A DNA stretch of 64,000 nucleotides, taken from positions 9,277,306-9,341,305 of the forward strand of contig NC_057755.1 in assembly GCF_004010195.1 (NCBI RefSeq), read 5' to 3'. This DNA comes from Chiloscyllium plagiosum. Taxonomy: Eukaryota. The position numbers were made by a program, and so were the translations under genes. Shown here one piece after another: positions 1 through 13,234 of the stretch (position 1 is the stretch's first letter; each line of letters opens with the position of its first letter). The notes under the pieces were generated by a model. The model did not search any database, was not told where the DNA came from, and saw only the letters and a list, made by a program, of their open reading frames with translations.

Positions 1-588
1 CCTTACCATGGGATTCTTACACCCCTTGGACTCCCATTTCATATTCTCGTTGAATTTATGAAGGTGACTGACAAACCTTCCCTTTCGGGAAGAACTCACA
101 CTTATCAGTCTTTTTCGCTGCTTCTCCTGCACTTGCAACACTTTGGACTTTAGCATGGATCTTTGACAGTCGATGGAAGAAAAAAAAGATGTTGCAACCT
201 GTGGAACGTTTTTTAATTATTCGTGGAACGTGGGCACACTTGGCTGTCCAGCATTCATTGCCCATTATTAGTTACCGTTAAGAAGGTGGGGGGTGAGCTG
301 CTTCTTAAAAATAGTGTGTTGTGGACCATGAAGAAATTAACTCACCCCCTGTTTCCATCTAAACGCAGAGTACACAGCAAAGGCAATGTGGTTACTTCTT
401 CAGGGGTGAATACCGGTTTCCAATCAATTATTCAAGCATTGAGACCACCTATCGCAGACTCTAATGAAAGCAAGAGCTCCATCATGGCTGTGTACATGTG
501 GTCATGGCTGCATTTGCTATCGTTCAACTTGACATCATGTCAGCACATAATTCCACAATTCCAGTCTAAGGTACACATCTAAAGTCAT

Positions 589-760
589 GGTCGAGAGAAT
601 GGCGCTGGAAAATCACAGCTGGTCAGGCAACATCCGAGGAACAGGATAGACGACGTTTTGGGCCGACTCTCTTGCTCCTCGGCTGCTGCCTGACCTTCTG
701 TGGATTTCCAGCATCACACTCTCGACTGTAATGTCCAGCATCTGCGGTCTGCACTTTCGC
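589..760. mobile_element. Short palindromic family-2-related element (duplicates at about 17567-17735 and 42228-42397)
   Basis: gtcgagag...gctggaaaa...ggtcaggca is inverted relative to tgcctgacc...tttccagc...ctctcgac. Confidence 0.7.
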
Positions 761-1399
761 TGAAATACCTCAATTCGCTCAATCCTGCAGATAACTAATT
801 ATCCCCTAGCATCGTTCCTTATGATACAATAAGCTTCATTCCTTGCCAGTTTTGCTTAAGTTTATATTCTCCCTCTTCTGTCTCGTACCTACCACATCTT
901 TCATGATTCTCAAGACGTTTATGGGATATTCCAGCTGTTCTCTGCCTCCGTGGTGTGCACAGACTTTGTGAGGAATTTTTCTGTTTTTGTTTTCTTACGA
1001 ATATCTAAATCCACTTGGAACCCTTACAGTCCAATTCAATTTTGCAAAGCCAACTGCCATTGGAGATAGACATGACGAGTACTTCTTTTCTCTGAGAGAC
1101 TTGAGGGAGCTGTGTAAATCTAACACCCAGATTGTAGTGATGCGTAGGAAAACAAATATATTCAAGTTTGTAATCAATGGATTTTTAATTCACAAGGGAT
1201 TCCATGGACGTGTCAGCAGTTCGAGGTGTGAGCCGTCGTGGGCAGTTCGGAAATAGTAAAATTGAACTGCACTCTTATCAAATCAGTGGTGATCTCAAAT
1301 TTCAATGTGAGGTAATATCTTCCAAAATGGATCTGGGACGCATGATTTTATTATTCATGTACTGTCTTTTCGCCTTCCCAAGCAACATAGCTCAATGTG

Positions 1400-3570
1400 A
1401 CAAGATACACAGGAATTCTTCCAGTGGATAGTGAAGAAGGAAATGTGTGGGTAATATTCTCAATCAAAATCTGAATTACCATGCTGAATGGTACAGACTT
1501 CGAAGGAATCGAGAAGCTCAAGAGTGGGCATCCATGAGGCACTGTGGACCAGACAAAGCAGCAAAACAGCACTCCAGTGCAATTTATAAGCTCATGACAT
1601 GGCATACCCCCCACTCAACTATTACCATCAAGGCTGGGGATCAACCATGGTTCAATTGAGTGTTCAGGACGGCATTCCAGGAACAGCATTAGGCATACTT
1701 AAAAATGAGTTCTTAACTTGGTGAAGACACCAAAAGTCATAAACAGCAAGTGACAGACAGAGCAAAGCGATCCCACAACCAATGGATCATATCTCGGCTC
1801 TGCAGTCGTTCCATATCCAGATGTGAATGGTCGTGGACAATTAATCAACTTACCAGACAATAAGTAACCACAAATATCCCCATCCTCAATGATAGATTTG
1901 CACGACACATCAGTGCAAAATATGAGCCTGATGCATTCACAACTATCTTCAGTCAGACGTGCAGAGTAGATGATCCATCTCGGGCTCTTGCATTAGTCCC
2001 CGGTTTCACAGGTGCCAGTTTCCTGCCATTTCGTTTCAGTATTCTTGATATCAAGGAAAGGCTGCAGGCACTCGATACTGCAAATGAGCTCTGATAAATT
2101 CAAGCAAAATAACTGAAGACGTGGGGTCCTGAAACTGCTGCTCCCACTACAGTTGCATCTACCCGACCATGTGGAAAATTGCCCAGTTATGTTCTGTGCA
2201 CAAAAAGCAGGACAAATGCAACACGGCCAATTATGGCACAATCAGTCTACTTTCTATTCTCAGTAAAGTGATGCAAGTGGTCATCGGAAGTGCTGTCAAG
2301 TAGCACTTGCTCAGCCACAGCCTGCTCAGTGATTTTCAGACTTGGATTCGCGAGCATCAAACAGCTCCTGGCCTCGCTACAGCCTTAGTTGAAACATGAA
2401 CAAAAATGCTCAATTCCACATGTGAGGTGAAGGTGACAGCGCTTGACAACAAGGCTGCTTTCACTGAGTATGCCATCAAGGGCCCTGGGAAAACTGGAAT
2501 CAATGCGCATCGGGGGAAAATACTCTGCTGTTTGGAGTCATAACTGGGTTACATGAAATTGGCTGTGGTGGGAGAAGGTAAGTCATCTCAGGTCAAGAAT
2601 ATCTCTGCAGGAGTCCCTCCAGGCTGTCATTGGCCCTAAAAATCTTCAACTGCTTCATTAAAGACCTTTGTAAGGTTAAAATTGTGGATGCTCGACAATG
2701 ATTGCACAGCGTTCAGCATCATTTGCAACTCCTCAGATACTGAAGGAGTCCGTGCTCAAATGTAACAAGATCTGGACAACATCCAGGCTTGGGCCGACAT
2801 GTGGCAAGTAATATTTGTGTCACAGAAATGCCAGACAACGACCATCACCAATAAGAGTCACTCCAACCACAACCCCTTGACATTCAACGTTATTACCATC
2901 ACTGAATCCCCACTCTCAACAATTTTGAGGTTACCACTGACCAGAAACTCAATCAGAATCACCACATAAACACAATGTCTCCAAGAATAGGTCATAGACT
3001 ATTGATACTGCGGTGAGTAACTGACCACCCAACACGCCAAAGTCTATGCACAATCTACAAGGCAAAAGTCAGGAGTGTGATGGAATACTCCCACTTACCT
3101 GGATGGGTGCAAGTACAACACAAGAAGCTTGACATCATCAAAGACAAAACAATCCGAATGATTGGCACCCCACCCACATACATTCAGACACTATCATCTG
3201 CGCTCACTAGCAGTAGTATGCATTGTCCACAGGATGTACAGCAGAAATTTTCCAAAGATCCTGAGACAGCACCATACAGACCTGTGAACATTTCCACCGA
3301 GAAGGGCAAGGGTAGCGTATACTTGAAAAAACCACGAACTGCAAGTTCCTCTCAAAGCCACTCACATTCCTTGGAAATATAGCGCTGTTTCTTCACAGCC
3401 TTTGTGTGAAATTCCTGGATTCCCTCCCTACCAGCATTGTTGGTCAACCCACAGCAACTGGACTGCTTGGATTCAAGAAGCCAGCTCACCACCACTTTCT
3501 CAAGGGAAAATAGGGATGGTCTATCAATGCTGGATAGCCTGAGAAACCCACGTCCCACAAATGAAAAGAA
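1400..3570 (+). mobile_element. Decayed non-LTR retrotransposon (CR1/L2-group LINE), RT region and 3' end
   Basis: Homologous to 19150-21200; broken RT frames. Confidence 0.75.
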
Positions 3571-4240
3571 AAGTCAACTGAGCTAACCGATGATAGGCAA
3601 TTGAAGGGATTTGAGTATGACTACTCTTAGAGGTATTTGCGGCCTCTCCTGGCCACTCAGGTACAATTCACAGTTGCATGCCCCCTCAATAAATCAGATC
3701 ATTGAAAATGTGAACAAAGTATCATAAATAATCGAAATGATTGCTTAAATCCAATTGGTCTACACCAACCATTTCAAAAACACAAATCGTCCTATGTGTT
3801 TGCGTTTTTAAACCTGTTAGTTAAAACTAATTCTGATCATGGACATACCACAATGTCTTTTGAAAGTTGCAACTGTGCCTGCATTCTGCATTTCTTTTGG
3901 CAGTCCATTCCTTGGACACGGAAATTTCTGCGCAAAGGTTTGGCACTCATGACTTTTTGCGAAACATTCTACTCTCACTTCAATATATACCCAATAATCT
4001 GGGGAAACAATCCTCGCTTATCTATTTGCCCTAATGTTTTATAAGCCTCTGTTACGTCACCACTCAACCTGTTATGCTAAATGAGCCTATTTCTTTTTAC
4101 TTCAAAACCTTAAATAATACCAACATCCTTCATAGCTCCCGTCTTCACAGAACAAAAGTGTAAGCAATGAAGACAGGCGTGCTAAACATTTTATTAACCG
4201 TTTTATCCAACAGTGATTCAAAATTGGCGGAATTACACAG

Positions 4241-4444
4241 GAGAAAGTGAGGACTGCAGATGCTGGAGATCAGAGCTGAAAATCTGTTGCTGGAAAAGCG
4301 CAGCAGGTCAGGTAGCATCCAAGGAGCAGAAGAATCGACGTTTCGGGCATAGATTCCTGAAGAAGGCCTGATGCCCGAAACGTCGATTCTCCTGCTCCTT
4401 GGATGCTGCCTGACCTGCTGCGCTTTTCCAGCAACAGATTTTCA
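4241..4444. mobile_element. Palindromic non-autonomous element, probably a PLE terminus (family 2)
   Basis: 4276-4350 is the reverse complement of 4371-4445; TSD gaattacacag at 4230-4240 and 4445-4455. Confidence 0.8.
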
Positions 4445-4455
4445 GAATTACACAG

Positions 4456-4765
4456 TGGTTAGCATTACTGCCTCAGAGCACCACTAGCAACTGTCTTTGT
4501 GGAGGTTGCACGTTTTCCCCGTGTCTTGGGTGGGTTTGCTCCCGGTGCTATTTTTCCTTTCACAATGCAGAGACGTGCAGGAAAGGTGAATTGGCCATGT
4601 AACGTGCCCATAGTATTCAGAGATGTGTGGGTTATCTGCGTTAGTCAGTGCAAAGTGTCGAGTAATAGGACAGGATATGGGTATGCGTAGTTTACTTTTT
4701 GCAGGATTGGGTGAACCTGCTGGGCCCACTGGCCAGTTTCCACACTGTAGGAATTCTATGATTTA
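4456..4765 (+). mobile_element. HE1-type tRNA-derived V-SINE (duplicates at about 21735-22070, 29099-29235, 45835-46175)
   Basis: tggttagca A-box remnant, tgtggaggttgcacgttttccccgtgtct..gtgggttt central domain, CR1-like tail. Confidence 0.75.
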
Positions 4766-5162
4766 TCGATTATCAAATCTCTAGGTTTGTTTAATATCAC
4801 TACTCAGGGCATTACCATTCATTTGATCTGACCTTTTCTTGTCTGTTTTCCAAAATGCAATATCTCACATTGATAAAAATTAAACTCTCTCTGCTAGTCG
4901 TCAGCCCATTGTTCCAATCGATCGAGGACACGTTATAAATTAATTCAACAACAATTTCAATGCTCCTCCAAATGAATTATCAACATCAATTGTTGGTGAG
5001 CCAGTTGGGAGAAGAATGCAGGCTAATCTTTTTTTCAAAACTAATTTCACTAATTCCTTTGAGGGATGGCACACAGTTAAATAGAAGATGTCTCTTTTGA
5101 CTCTGGTGAGCGCTTGTCTGAACCTTTCACGTCGAACAAAATATATCACTCCTCAGAAAAAA

Positions 5163-7305
5163 ATGGAACGGCCAATGATTCTGCTGATTAAGGAGATTTA
5201 TTATCCAATTCTTGCAACCATTGGTTTTCCTGGTGAGCCTGGTTTAAACTTTATATTGTGAATGCCAGTGAATTGCCTCAGAGTTCTAAATCTACTCTGG
5301 GAAATCTAGAATATTTCTCGGATCTCTGTGATGCAGTGGCAGATTTTACCCCTATTGACTCAGAAATCCTCTGTTCACATTGTACTTGTTTCACTAGGCT
5401 GATAATTTTGTTGATGTCTCCATATGTTTGAGGATTGAAACGTGCGAAATACGATTAAGAAAGTAAATGTAGAGCGGGTGTTTCTTCATGTTGGGCAATC
5501 CAGAACGAGAGGTTGTAGGTTTAGAATTTTGGCAGTTTTCATACCGGTATGGGGGACAGTTACGTATCTGAAAAGGGCGTCAATCTCTGAAATTCGAAGC
5601 CCAAGTGAATCACGGAAATCAGAACATTGAATAAATCTAAGGAAGAGGCAGAGAGATTTCAATTGCTTTGCAAGTTAGGATATCATTGCATGTGAAATAA
5701 TCATACATATGAGTTCCTACTCAGTACGCAAGAGTAAAGTCCCTACATATCTTTTAAGGGGCCGAATCATTCAGCGAAATAATTCATATCTTTGAGATTC
5801 ACAAAATTCATTTGTAACTTTCCAGCTCGTTCTCTTCATTGATCTTTGAAAATTTGTAACCAAGCACTGTTCTGTCCAGTCTTTGACACAATTCCAATGT
5901 AGTTGAGAATCCGGAAATCAATATCTGCGAGGTGTTAGTGTGATAAATAATCATGATGCTTTTGAAGTATTTTGATGTGTATTTGTATTGTTCAGGCATA
6001 AAGTTCAATGGACAAAGTGGTAGAACATGATATTCGAATAATTAAGGATGCATTTGAGTGGAGAAGACTTGTTTATTTCAAAGGACCTTTCTCTCTAATG
6101 CAGTATTCCCTGATTCGATGACATTTACCGACACTTACGAGAACAGAAATGCAATGTAATCTCATCAAAAGTATGTCATTTGGGGTGAGGGATGTTTTCT
6201 CATTTATAATACCACGATATGCAGTTGGTAAATTCCCGCTTTTGGTGTTGACATCTGGATAATCACATGATACACAATTAATGCTAAGGTTAATGTTTTG
6301 AGATTTCAAAAAATTGAGTGAACTTTTCTCTCCCCTTCCTTTCGTACAGCAAATATGATGACCATTGTCGTCCTTCTGCGAGGAAACTGAGGCCTCTCTA
6401 AATGTATCTCTGTCTACATGGTTTCCATGGCAGCAGCAGACCTGCTGGTTATAATCAATAACGTAATAGTTTATAGCATTCTCATATATCACTTTCCATT
6501 TTCTTTTCTGTCACAGACCCATATTTGTAAGTTTAACTATTATATGCTCTGTGTTTTGCTCAATTCATCCGTCTGGTTCACAGTCGCCTTTACGTTTGAT
6601 CGCTTTGTCGTCATCTGCTGTCCAAAGTTTAAGATAAAGTATTGTACTGTGCGAATTTCAGCTACAGTTGTAACAGTGAGCTGTATCCTTATGTGTATCA
6701 AGGATATCCCAATTTTCTTTGCATATGAACATGAATACATTATCAAACACGTGAAATGGAACTGCCAGTCAAGTGTGACATTTTTTTCCTCAATTGGAGG
6801 AGTCGTGTACATCTGGTTTTTCAGCATCTGTTTAGTTTGGATTCCTTTCATTTTAATTGCCTTGTTGAACTCATTGACGGTCAGACATATACTCGTGAGC
6901 AGTAAAGCCCGCAGAGCACTTCGAGTTCACACAATTGACAAACAATATGATCCCGAGATGAAGAATCGAATGAAATCTATTGTTTTACTCTTTGCTATCT
7001 CAGGAAGTTTCGTTCTGCTGTGGATGACAACTGTGCTAAACCTTGTAATGAACAGACTGACAAATCCTACTTATTATCGAGGAGATCTTAGAAATCCAGC
7101 ATATATTGCTGTCGAAACTGGAGCCATGCTGAGGTATTTGAGTTGCTGTTCAAACACATGCATCTACGCAGCGTCCCAGAGAAAATTCAGAGAAGAACTT
7201 GTCACTGTTTTGAAATGGCCCTGTGCATTCATTTTAAAGTTGTCAGAAACGAAAGGAAGACAGCGGAGAATACCTGGATTTGAATTTCAGTCATTTTCTG
7301 GATGA
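5163..7305 (+). pseudogene. GPR139/GPR142-like class A GPCR, copy 1; two exons (5163-5232, 6350-7305); in-frame TGA at 6388-6390
   Basis: Exon 1 ATG5163 reads MERPMILLIKEIYYPILATIGFP, followed by G|GTGAG donor. Acceptor is ttcgtacag|CA at 6350. Spliced frame reads ANMMTIVVLLRGN*GLSKC, with TGA where the other copies have TGT. The remainder (ORF 6418-7305) has AAADLL, FDRF, LLWMT and NTCIY. Confidence 0.85.
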
Positions 7306-8470
7306 GGCTTGGACTCTTTTGTCATACCGGCATAAAGATTATTAATTGGTAGAAAGGAAAAAAAAATCAGTGTCCTTTCAACCTTTCATCTACCACAAGA
7401 TTGTGACGCTTGTGTTATTACTCATTTCATTGGCCTAGTTATTGTTGGGAGAATAATAATATTTTCCCGTCATATGTAAATGGTTCCATAGATAGTGGAA
7501 CAATGCAAACTTCCTCATAATAAATTAAGAACAGATTCTAGAATCTCAGTATTTCTTCATTACAATATAAACATAGAAGGTTTTTGCATTTTCACTTAAT
7601 TTCACATGTAATTTAGTCGGTAAAACTATTCAATTGAATTCAAAACATACTTTAATTTCACATTGCGTTAAAAATACAGACAAAATAAATGTAAAAGTAA
7701 ATGCTTTACTGCCACTCCAGGGAAATACGTGGCAAAATGTTATTTATGTATATATAGTTGCTACTAATTTACTGGTACAATGTAATAGCATGCATTAAAC
7801 ACACTCCGGCAAAGGAAAATGAAGACAACCGGATTTTCCCATTAGCAATCATATTAGCAGGAGCCGAGACAGGTACAGTGGCTTCCACATCTAGCCTAAA
7901 GGCCCCAAAAACTGCACAAAGCTGAAACTATAAAACTTATTTCAGTGTGAGCTTCACCCCAAACATTCTCGCTGTTTGTATTGTTCCAACTTTGCATAAA
8001 AATCAAGTCCTCACATGTGTATCACTTCATTGACTTTTGTCCCGAAGCTCGGTCTTAACGTTCTTCATTAAAGAAAACCCGTCAGCATATACTTCTTAAA
8101 GCTATAGTATCCTCACAATACACCCCAACCGCCACTCCCCAAAAAATGAATCATCAATATGCAGATGGCTTTACTTTGAAACTTTACATTCGAAATGTAA
8201 AGAGAACATAGTATTGTGGAGATACAATTTCATGTCACGAAACTCAATCGTTGAATGAAATGAACATCCTTCCGCTGGAATTTTTGGAATGGTTTGCAGT
8301 TCTAGAATGTGCACAATAAGGGAAAGATGATTGCACTTGAGAAGTTCTCTAGCAGATGTAGCAGAACGTTACCTGGGATCGAGCAAATCACTCATGAAGA
8401 GAAATGGCTTAGATTGATATCACGAGCATTGTAGCTGAAGGGATTGTGAGTGGGTGTATATGAAAAATAA

Positions 8471-9028
8471 GAGAAAGTGAGGACTGCAGATGCTGGAGAT
8501 CAAAGCTGAAAAATGTGTTTCTGGAAAAGCGCAGCCGGTCAGGCAGCATTCAAGGAGGAGGAGAATCGACGTTTCGGGCATAATCCCTTCTTCAGGAATG
8601 AGGAAGGTGTGCCAAGCAGGCTAAGATAAAAGGCAGGGAGGAGGGACTTGGGGGGTTGGGGGGGGGGGGGCGTTGCTAATGCGATAGGTGGAAGGAGGTT
8701 AAGGTGAGGGTGATAGGCCCGAGACGAGGTGGGGGCGGTTATCTCAGTCCTAACCCTCGGACTCAGCACAGCCTTCTTGACGTGCAATCTTCTTCCCGAC
8801 CTCTCCACCCTAACCATTCTCCGGCCTATGACCCTCACCTTAACCTCCTTCCACCTATCGCATTCTCAACACCCCTCCCCCATGTCGCTCCTCCCTACCT
8901 TTAATCTTAGCCTGCTTGGCACACCTTCCTCATTCCTGAAGATGGTCTTTTGCTCGAAACGTCGATTCTCCTACTCCTTGAATGCTGCCTGACCTGCTGT
9001 GCTTTTCCAGCAACATATTTTTCAGCTC
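8471..9028. mobile_element. Large palindromic element, family 2 (arms about 230 bp)
   Basis: About 8504-8735 is inverted relative to about 8800-9027; degenerate ~13-bp TSD (tatatgaaacgta-like); empty site near 50590. Confidence 0.82.
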
Positions 9029-9504
9029 GGATATGAAACGTATACAATCATGAGAGACATTAACATGTAGAACATAAATAAGCTTTTCCTTTTATTGCAG
9101 GTATCAATAACCATGGGGCCTGGAAGTTCACAAAGGACAGAAGGTTTGGAAGGAATGAAACGAAAATCATTTTCATCCAGATGGTGATGGGAATCCGGAA
9201 CTCAATACATCAAAGTTTGTCATAGGCTGAACCCCTCATAACATTCATAAAAAACACAGATACTGGTTGCAATGCCAGTGCAGACACGGAGTTTGCAACA
9301 AGTGGTGTAAAATGGGAGTAGACACGTTAAGTCGTTGCTTTTCATTGTTGAGGATTTCATGCACTGAAAGTTTGTTTTATTTTCTTTAATCCTCCTGGAA
9401 TCTACGATTTGTACTGACAATTTCAAGGTCACAACATGAAAATCGGATCCTCAATATGTTCGTCATTTTTAGCAGATCGTGTTCACGAATCACTAAGACA
9501 TGGT

Positions 9505-9650
9505 AGTCGAGATAGTGGTGTTGGAAAAGTACATCAGGTCAGGAAACATCCGAGGAGCAGGATAATTGACGTTTCGGTCATAAGCACTTGATTCCATCAC
9601 CACACTGTCGACACTGATCTCGAGCAACTGCAGTCATCACTTTCGACTAA
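9505..9650. mobile_element. Short partly palindromic family-2-related element (duplicates at about 33594-33740 and 51058-51200; deleted in unit 2)
   Basis: agtcgagatagtggtgttggaa...ttccatcaccacactgtcgac, followed by cagcatctgcagtc-like tail. Confidence 0.6.
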
Positions 9651-9659
9651 GCTACGCCA

Positions 9660-10760
9660 GTCAGTCAGCAACTTCTCTCTCTCGTTGCTCTGCTAATATC
9701 CTTCTCTCTCTCTCTCTGCCTCTCTCATCCCTCTGTCTCTCTCTCTCTCTCTCTCTGATCTTTCTTTCTCTATTTCTCTGACAAACTTAAGTTTTTGAGT
9801 ACCTCCCTTGAAATTTCCGCTCTACTTGGACATTGATTGAACTCAAATTTAACTTCTTTGCTAATTCTAAAACTTTTGTCCTTTTTCTGTCCTTCCAAAT
9901 CTACTTAGAAAATTTGAGAACTATCCTCAAATCCCAAAACTTCTTTATCAATTTTAAGAAACACGCTTCTCACTGCTAATTTAATCAACCACAGGTTGCC
10001 AAACACAATTTCTCACCTATGTTTTCTTTCACGGTCTAAGACACTAACGCGCAAGGGTTTAAATCGGCTGGGATTTTTAGTACACTTAATCTATACAAAT
10101 CTGTACAAAACCAGTTCAAATGCCGAACAAAAGCCAACGAATTGTTTTGTGACAATGTAAAACCCCATCCACTCTTCCCGCTCCCAGCTAAGAAACCATC
10201 AACACAGAAATGATGTAACCGGTAGTGTAATCTGTTAAATTTCAAGAGGCCAAGAACTATCTCAAAGATCACTATTTAAAGTAAAAATAAACGTTTTCAT
10301 TTTTAAAACAAAATCTAACAGAGAATATTAAAAATCACAAGTATTTACAACTCTTTTCTCTAACCTATCTTTTCCTTTCCCTTCTATGATACCGTTCTGA
10401 TAAATCCCGATTAAGATTAACCAAAACATTTGAATTTCAAAACCAGCCAGCTGTCAAAGTTTGTCTTAGTATCTTCCTCTGTCTTTTTTTTTCTTCTTAG
10501 GATTTCTGTTCACAGGTTGCTGGTAAATAAAGATACATTTAAGAGAGCTGTTATGCAGGCAGTTTGCATATGTTGATGGCTTGGCAGTTCTCCCCAACTG
10601 TTCATTTTTTCCCGATCTTATACCCCGAAGCATCGGATCATTTCATTCGTTTTTAATATTGTCAAAATACCAAATTGATACTTGATTGGGTAAAGTATCT
10701 TGGGGCATAATGTAAACGGATTGGCCGAATGTAATTTAGTTTATTGTGTCGTAGCAACAC
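9660..10760 (-). mobile_element. Decayed LTR retroelement remnant (LTR, PBS-like site, gag start); duplicates at about 26590-27720, 33760-34845, 51220-52225
   Basis: Minus-strand PBS-like tgggttttgtccaggagttgaacc near 51615-51640; LKIDKEVLG and VLELAKKLNL gag-like peptides. Boundaries approximate. Confidence 0.4.
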
Positions 10761-11634
10761 ATGTTCTGTCAGCTGCCAGACTAAAAGTTGCATTGTAAAT
10801 TCTTCCGCCCTCTGTGTGCTTGCTAAGTCCTCGTAAACATGCAGGGCCCCGTACACCTTCATACCAAAGCCAAGGTTTCAAGTGTTGTGGAGATTGGGAA
10901 GATACCTGCTGTTCAGGTCGTGTTGAGGTCAGCCGTGAATGTAATATATGGCAGGTCAGGATCGATGGGCTGAATTGTCTTCTTTCTTTCGTAGCTCTTA
11001 TATTCTGTCGACTAACCTATTCAGTCATTTCACATTCTTATGAGAATATTACACCTGTAACTAAGCACAATATTCCAGCTGTAACAGAATTAGAGATTTC
11101 CACAGATTCAATATAAACTACTTGCTCTTGTACTCCGTGCCTTATTAACCAAGGGTGCATGGTGATTTATTAATCCGTCTCTAAATCTATGCTATACGCA
11201 CTGCAGTAATACAAACAAGCAACAACTTCTTTGGCAACAATCCCGGACGATACATTCTTTAAATGTGTCTATTTTTGTGTAAAATCGATCAATTTCTTTT
11301 TTAAAATTTCCATCACAGGCTGTTTTAGTTTGAGAATACCACACATCAAATATATAGATATTTAAGTTGAGACATGTGAATCGATATACTTTGAGATAAA
11401 TAAAATGGCAATGCAGTCGAATCAAAAGCAAATCATCTTTCTGCGATGTAAAAGAAAGGGTCTCAGACAAATATGTTCAAACGGATTGATTGTACGATGT
11501 TAAATTGCAACTCTGATGAGGAAAGCACATGTGAAAGTTAGATTTGTTAATGGGTACACATAAAAAAGAAAATGTCATGATCATAATTCTTCCTTTTCCC
11601 ATTAAGCCTGAGCTTGCGAGCTGTCAAAAAAACT

Positions 11635-12200
11635 GCAATTACTTCTCCAGATTCCAACACAGCTCTCCGATACACCTGATCAGGTCCTGGGATTTCTGAA
11701 CCTTTACCCGTTTCAAGACATCCAGCACTTCCTCCTCTGTAATCTGGACATTTTGCAAGATGTCATCATCTATTTCCCTTAAGTCTATATCTTCCATATC
11801 CTTTTCCTCAGTAAAATACTAATGCAAAATAGTCATTTAACATCTCCCCCATTTTCTGCGGCTCCACACATAGGCCGCCTTGCTGATCTTTGAGGAGCCC
11901 TATTCTCTCTCTCGTGACCCTTTTGTCCTTCATGTATTTGTAAAAACCCTTTGTATTCTCCTTAATGCTACTTGCCAAAGCTATCTTATGTCCCCTTTTT
12001 GCCCTCCCGAGTTCCCTCTGAAGTATACCCCTCCATCCTTTATACTCTTCTAAGGATTCACTCGATCTATCCTGTCCATACCTTGAATATGCTTCTGTCT
12101 TTTTCAAAACCAAGCCCTCAATTTCTTTCGTCATCCATCATTCCCTATACCTATCAGCCTTTCCTTTCACACTGACAGGAGTATATTTTCTCTGGATTCT
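11635..12200 (-). mobile_element. CR1 LINE ORF2 fragment
   Basis: ORF 11808-12134 (IKENTKGFYKYMKDKR..IGLLKD..MGEMLNDYFALVF), the typical CR1 EN-RT linker. Confidence 0.82.
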
Positions 12201-12339
12201 CGTTCATTTCCAAAAGGATGTTACTGAACGATGTCTTTTGGTTTTTTTTTCTGAGAATCCACGACGGTGCTCGGACTTACACATATGATTTCTCACATTC
12301 ACTTAATACAACTTCCACAGTATTCCAAAACTGGATTCG

Positions 12340-12683
12340 ACCATCCGAAGATAAATCCACCAGAAACATTCCCCTAATTTACCACGTCACCTAACACGCC
12401 GGGCAATTTTGCATTGGCAAATTCACGTAAAATGCATATTTTTGGACCATCCGAAGATAAATCCACCAAGAAACATTCCCCTAATTTACCACATCACTGA
12501 ACACTCCGGGCAATTTTGCATTGGCAAATTCACGTAAAATGCATATTTTTGGACCCAGATGAAACCCACGCAGACACAGGGAGAATGTGCTAACTCCACA
12601 CAGACAGTTTCCTGAGGCGGAGAATTGAACCCGGGTCTCTGGCACTGTGTAAGAGTAGTGCTAACTACTGTGCCACCGTGCCA
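12340..12683 (-). mobile_element. HE1-type SINE with internal ~106-bp tandem duplication
   Basis: Minus strand GGCACGGTGGCACAGTAGTTAGCAC...GACCCGGGTTCAATTC (A and B boxes); gaccatccgaag at 12339 and 12445. Confidence 0.82.
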
Positions 12684-12734
12684 CTCGTGAGAATTCGCAG
12701 TCAAGTGATATTATTGCAATATATCAATTCATCG

Positions 12735-13234
12735 NNNNNNNNNNNNNNNNNNNNNNNNNNNNNNNNNNNNNNNNNNNNNNNNNNNNNNNNNNNNNNNNNN
12801 NNNNNNNNNNNNNNNNNNNNNNNNNNNNNNNNNNNNNNNNNNNNNNNNNNNNNNNNNNNNNNNNNNNNNNNNNNNNNNNNNNNNNNNNNNNNNNNNNNNN
12901 NNNNNNNNNNNNNNNNNNNNNNNNNNNNNNNNNNNNNNNNNNNNNNNNNNNNNNNNNNNNNNNNNNNNNNNNNNNNNNNNNNNNNNNNNNNNNNNNNNNN
13001 NNNNNNNNNNNNNNNNNNNNNNNNNNNNNNNNNNNNNNNNNNNNNNNNNNNNNNNNNNNNNNNNNNNNNNNNNNNNNNNNNNNNNNNNNNNNNNNNNNNN
13101 NNNNNNNNNNNNNNNNNNNNNNNNNNNNNNNNNNNNNNNNNNNNNNNNNNNNNNNNNNNNNNNNNNNNNNNNNNNNNNNNNNNNNNNNNNNNNNNNNNNN
13201 NNNNNNNNNNNNNNNNNNNNNNNNNNNNNNNNNN
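12735..13234. other. Assembly gap (500 N)
   Basis: Run of N. Confidence 1.

Noticed and set aside
6388..6390. Selenocysteine recoding of the Cys-aligned TGA
   Set aside because: Present in one copy only, a single substitution from TGT, and I saw no convincing SECIS element; a nonsense mutation or error is simpler.
12600..12683. tRNA gene
   Set aside because: The A/B boxes belong to a SINE head followed by SINE body; no complete cloverleaf.
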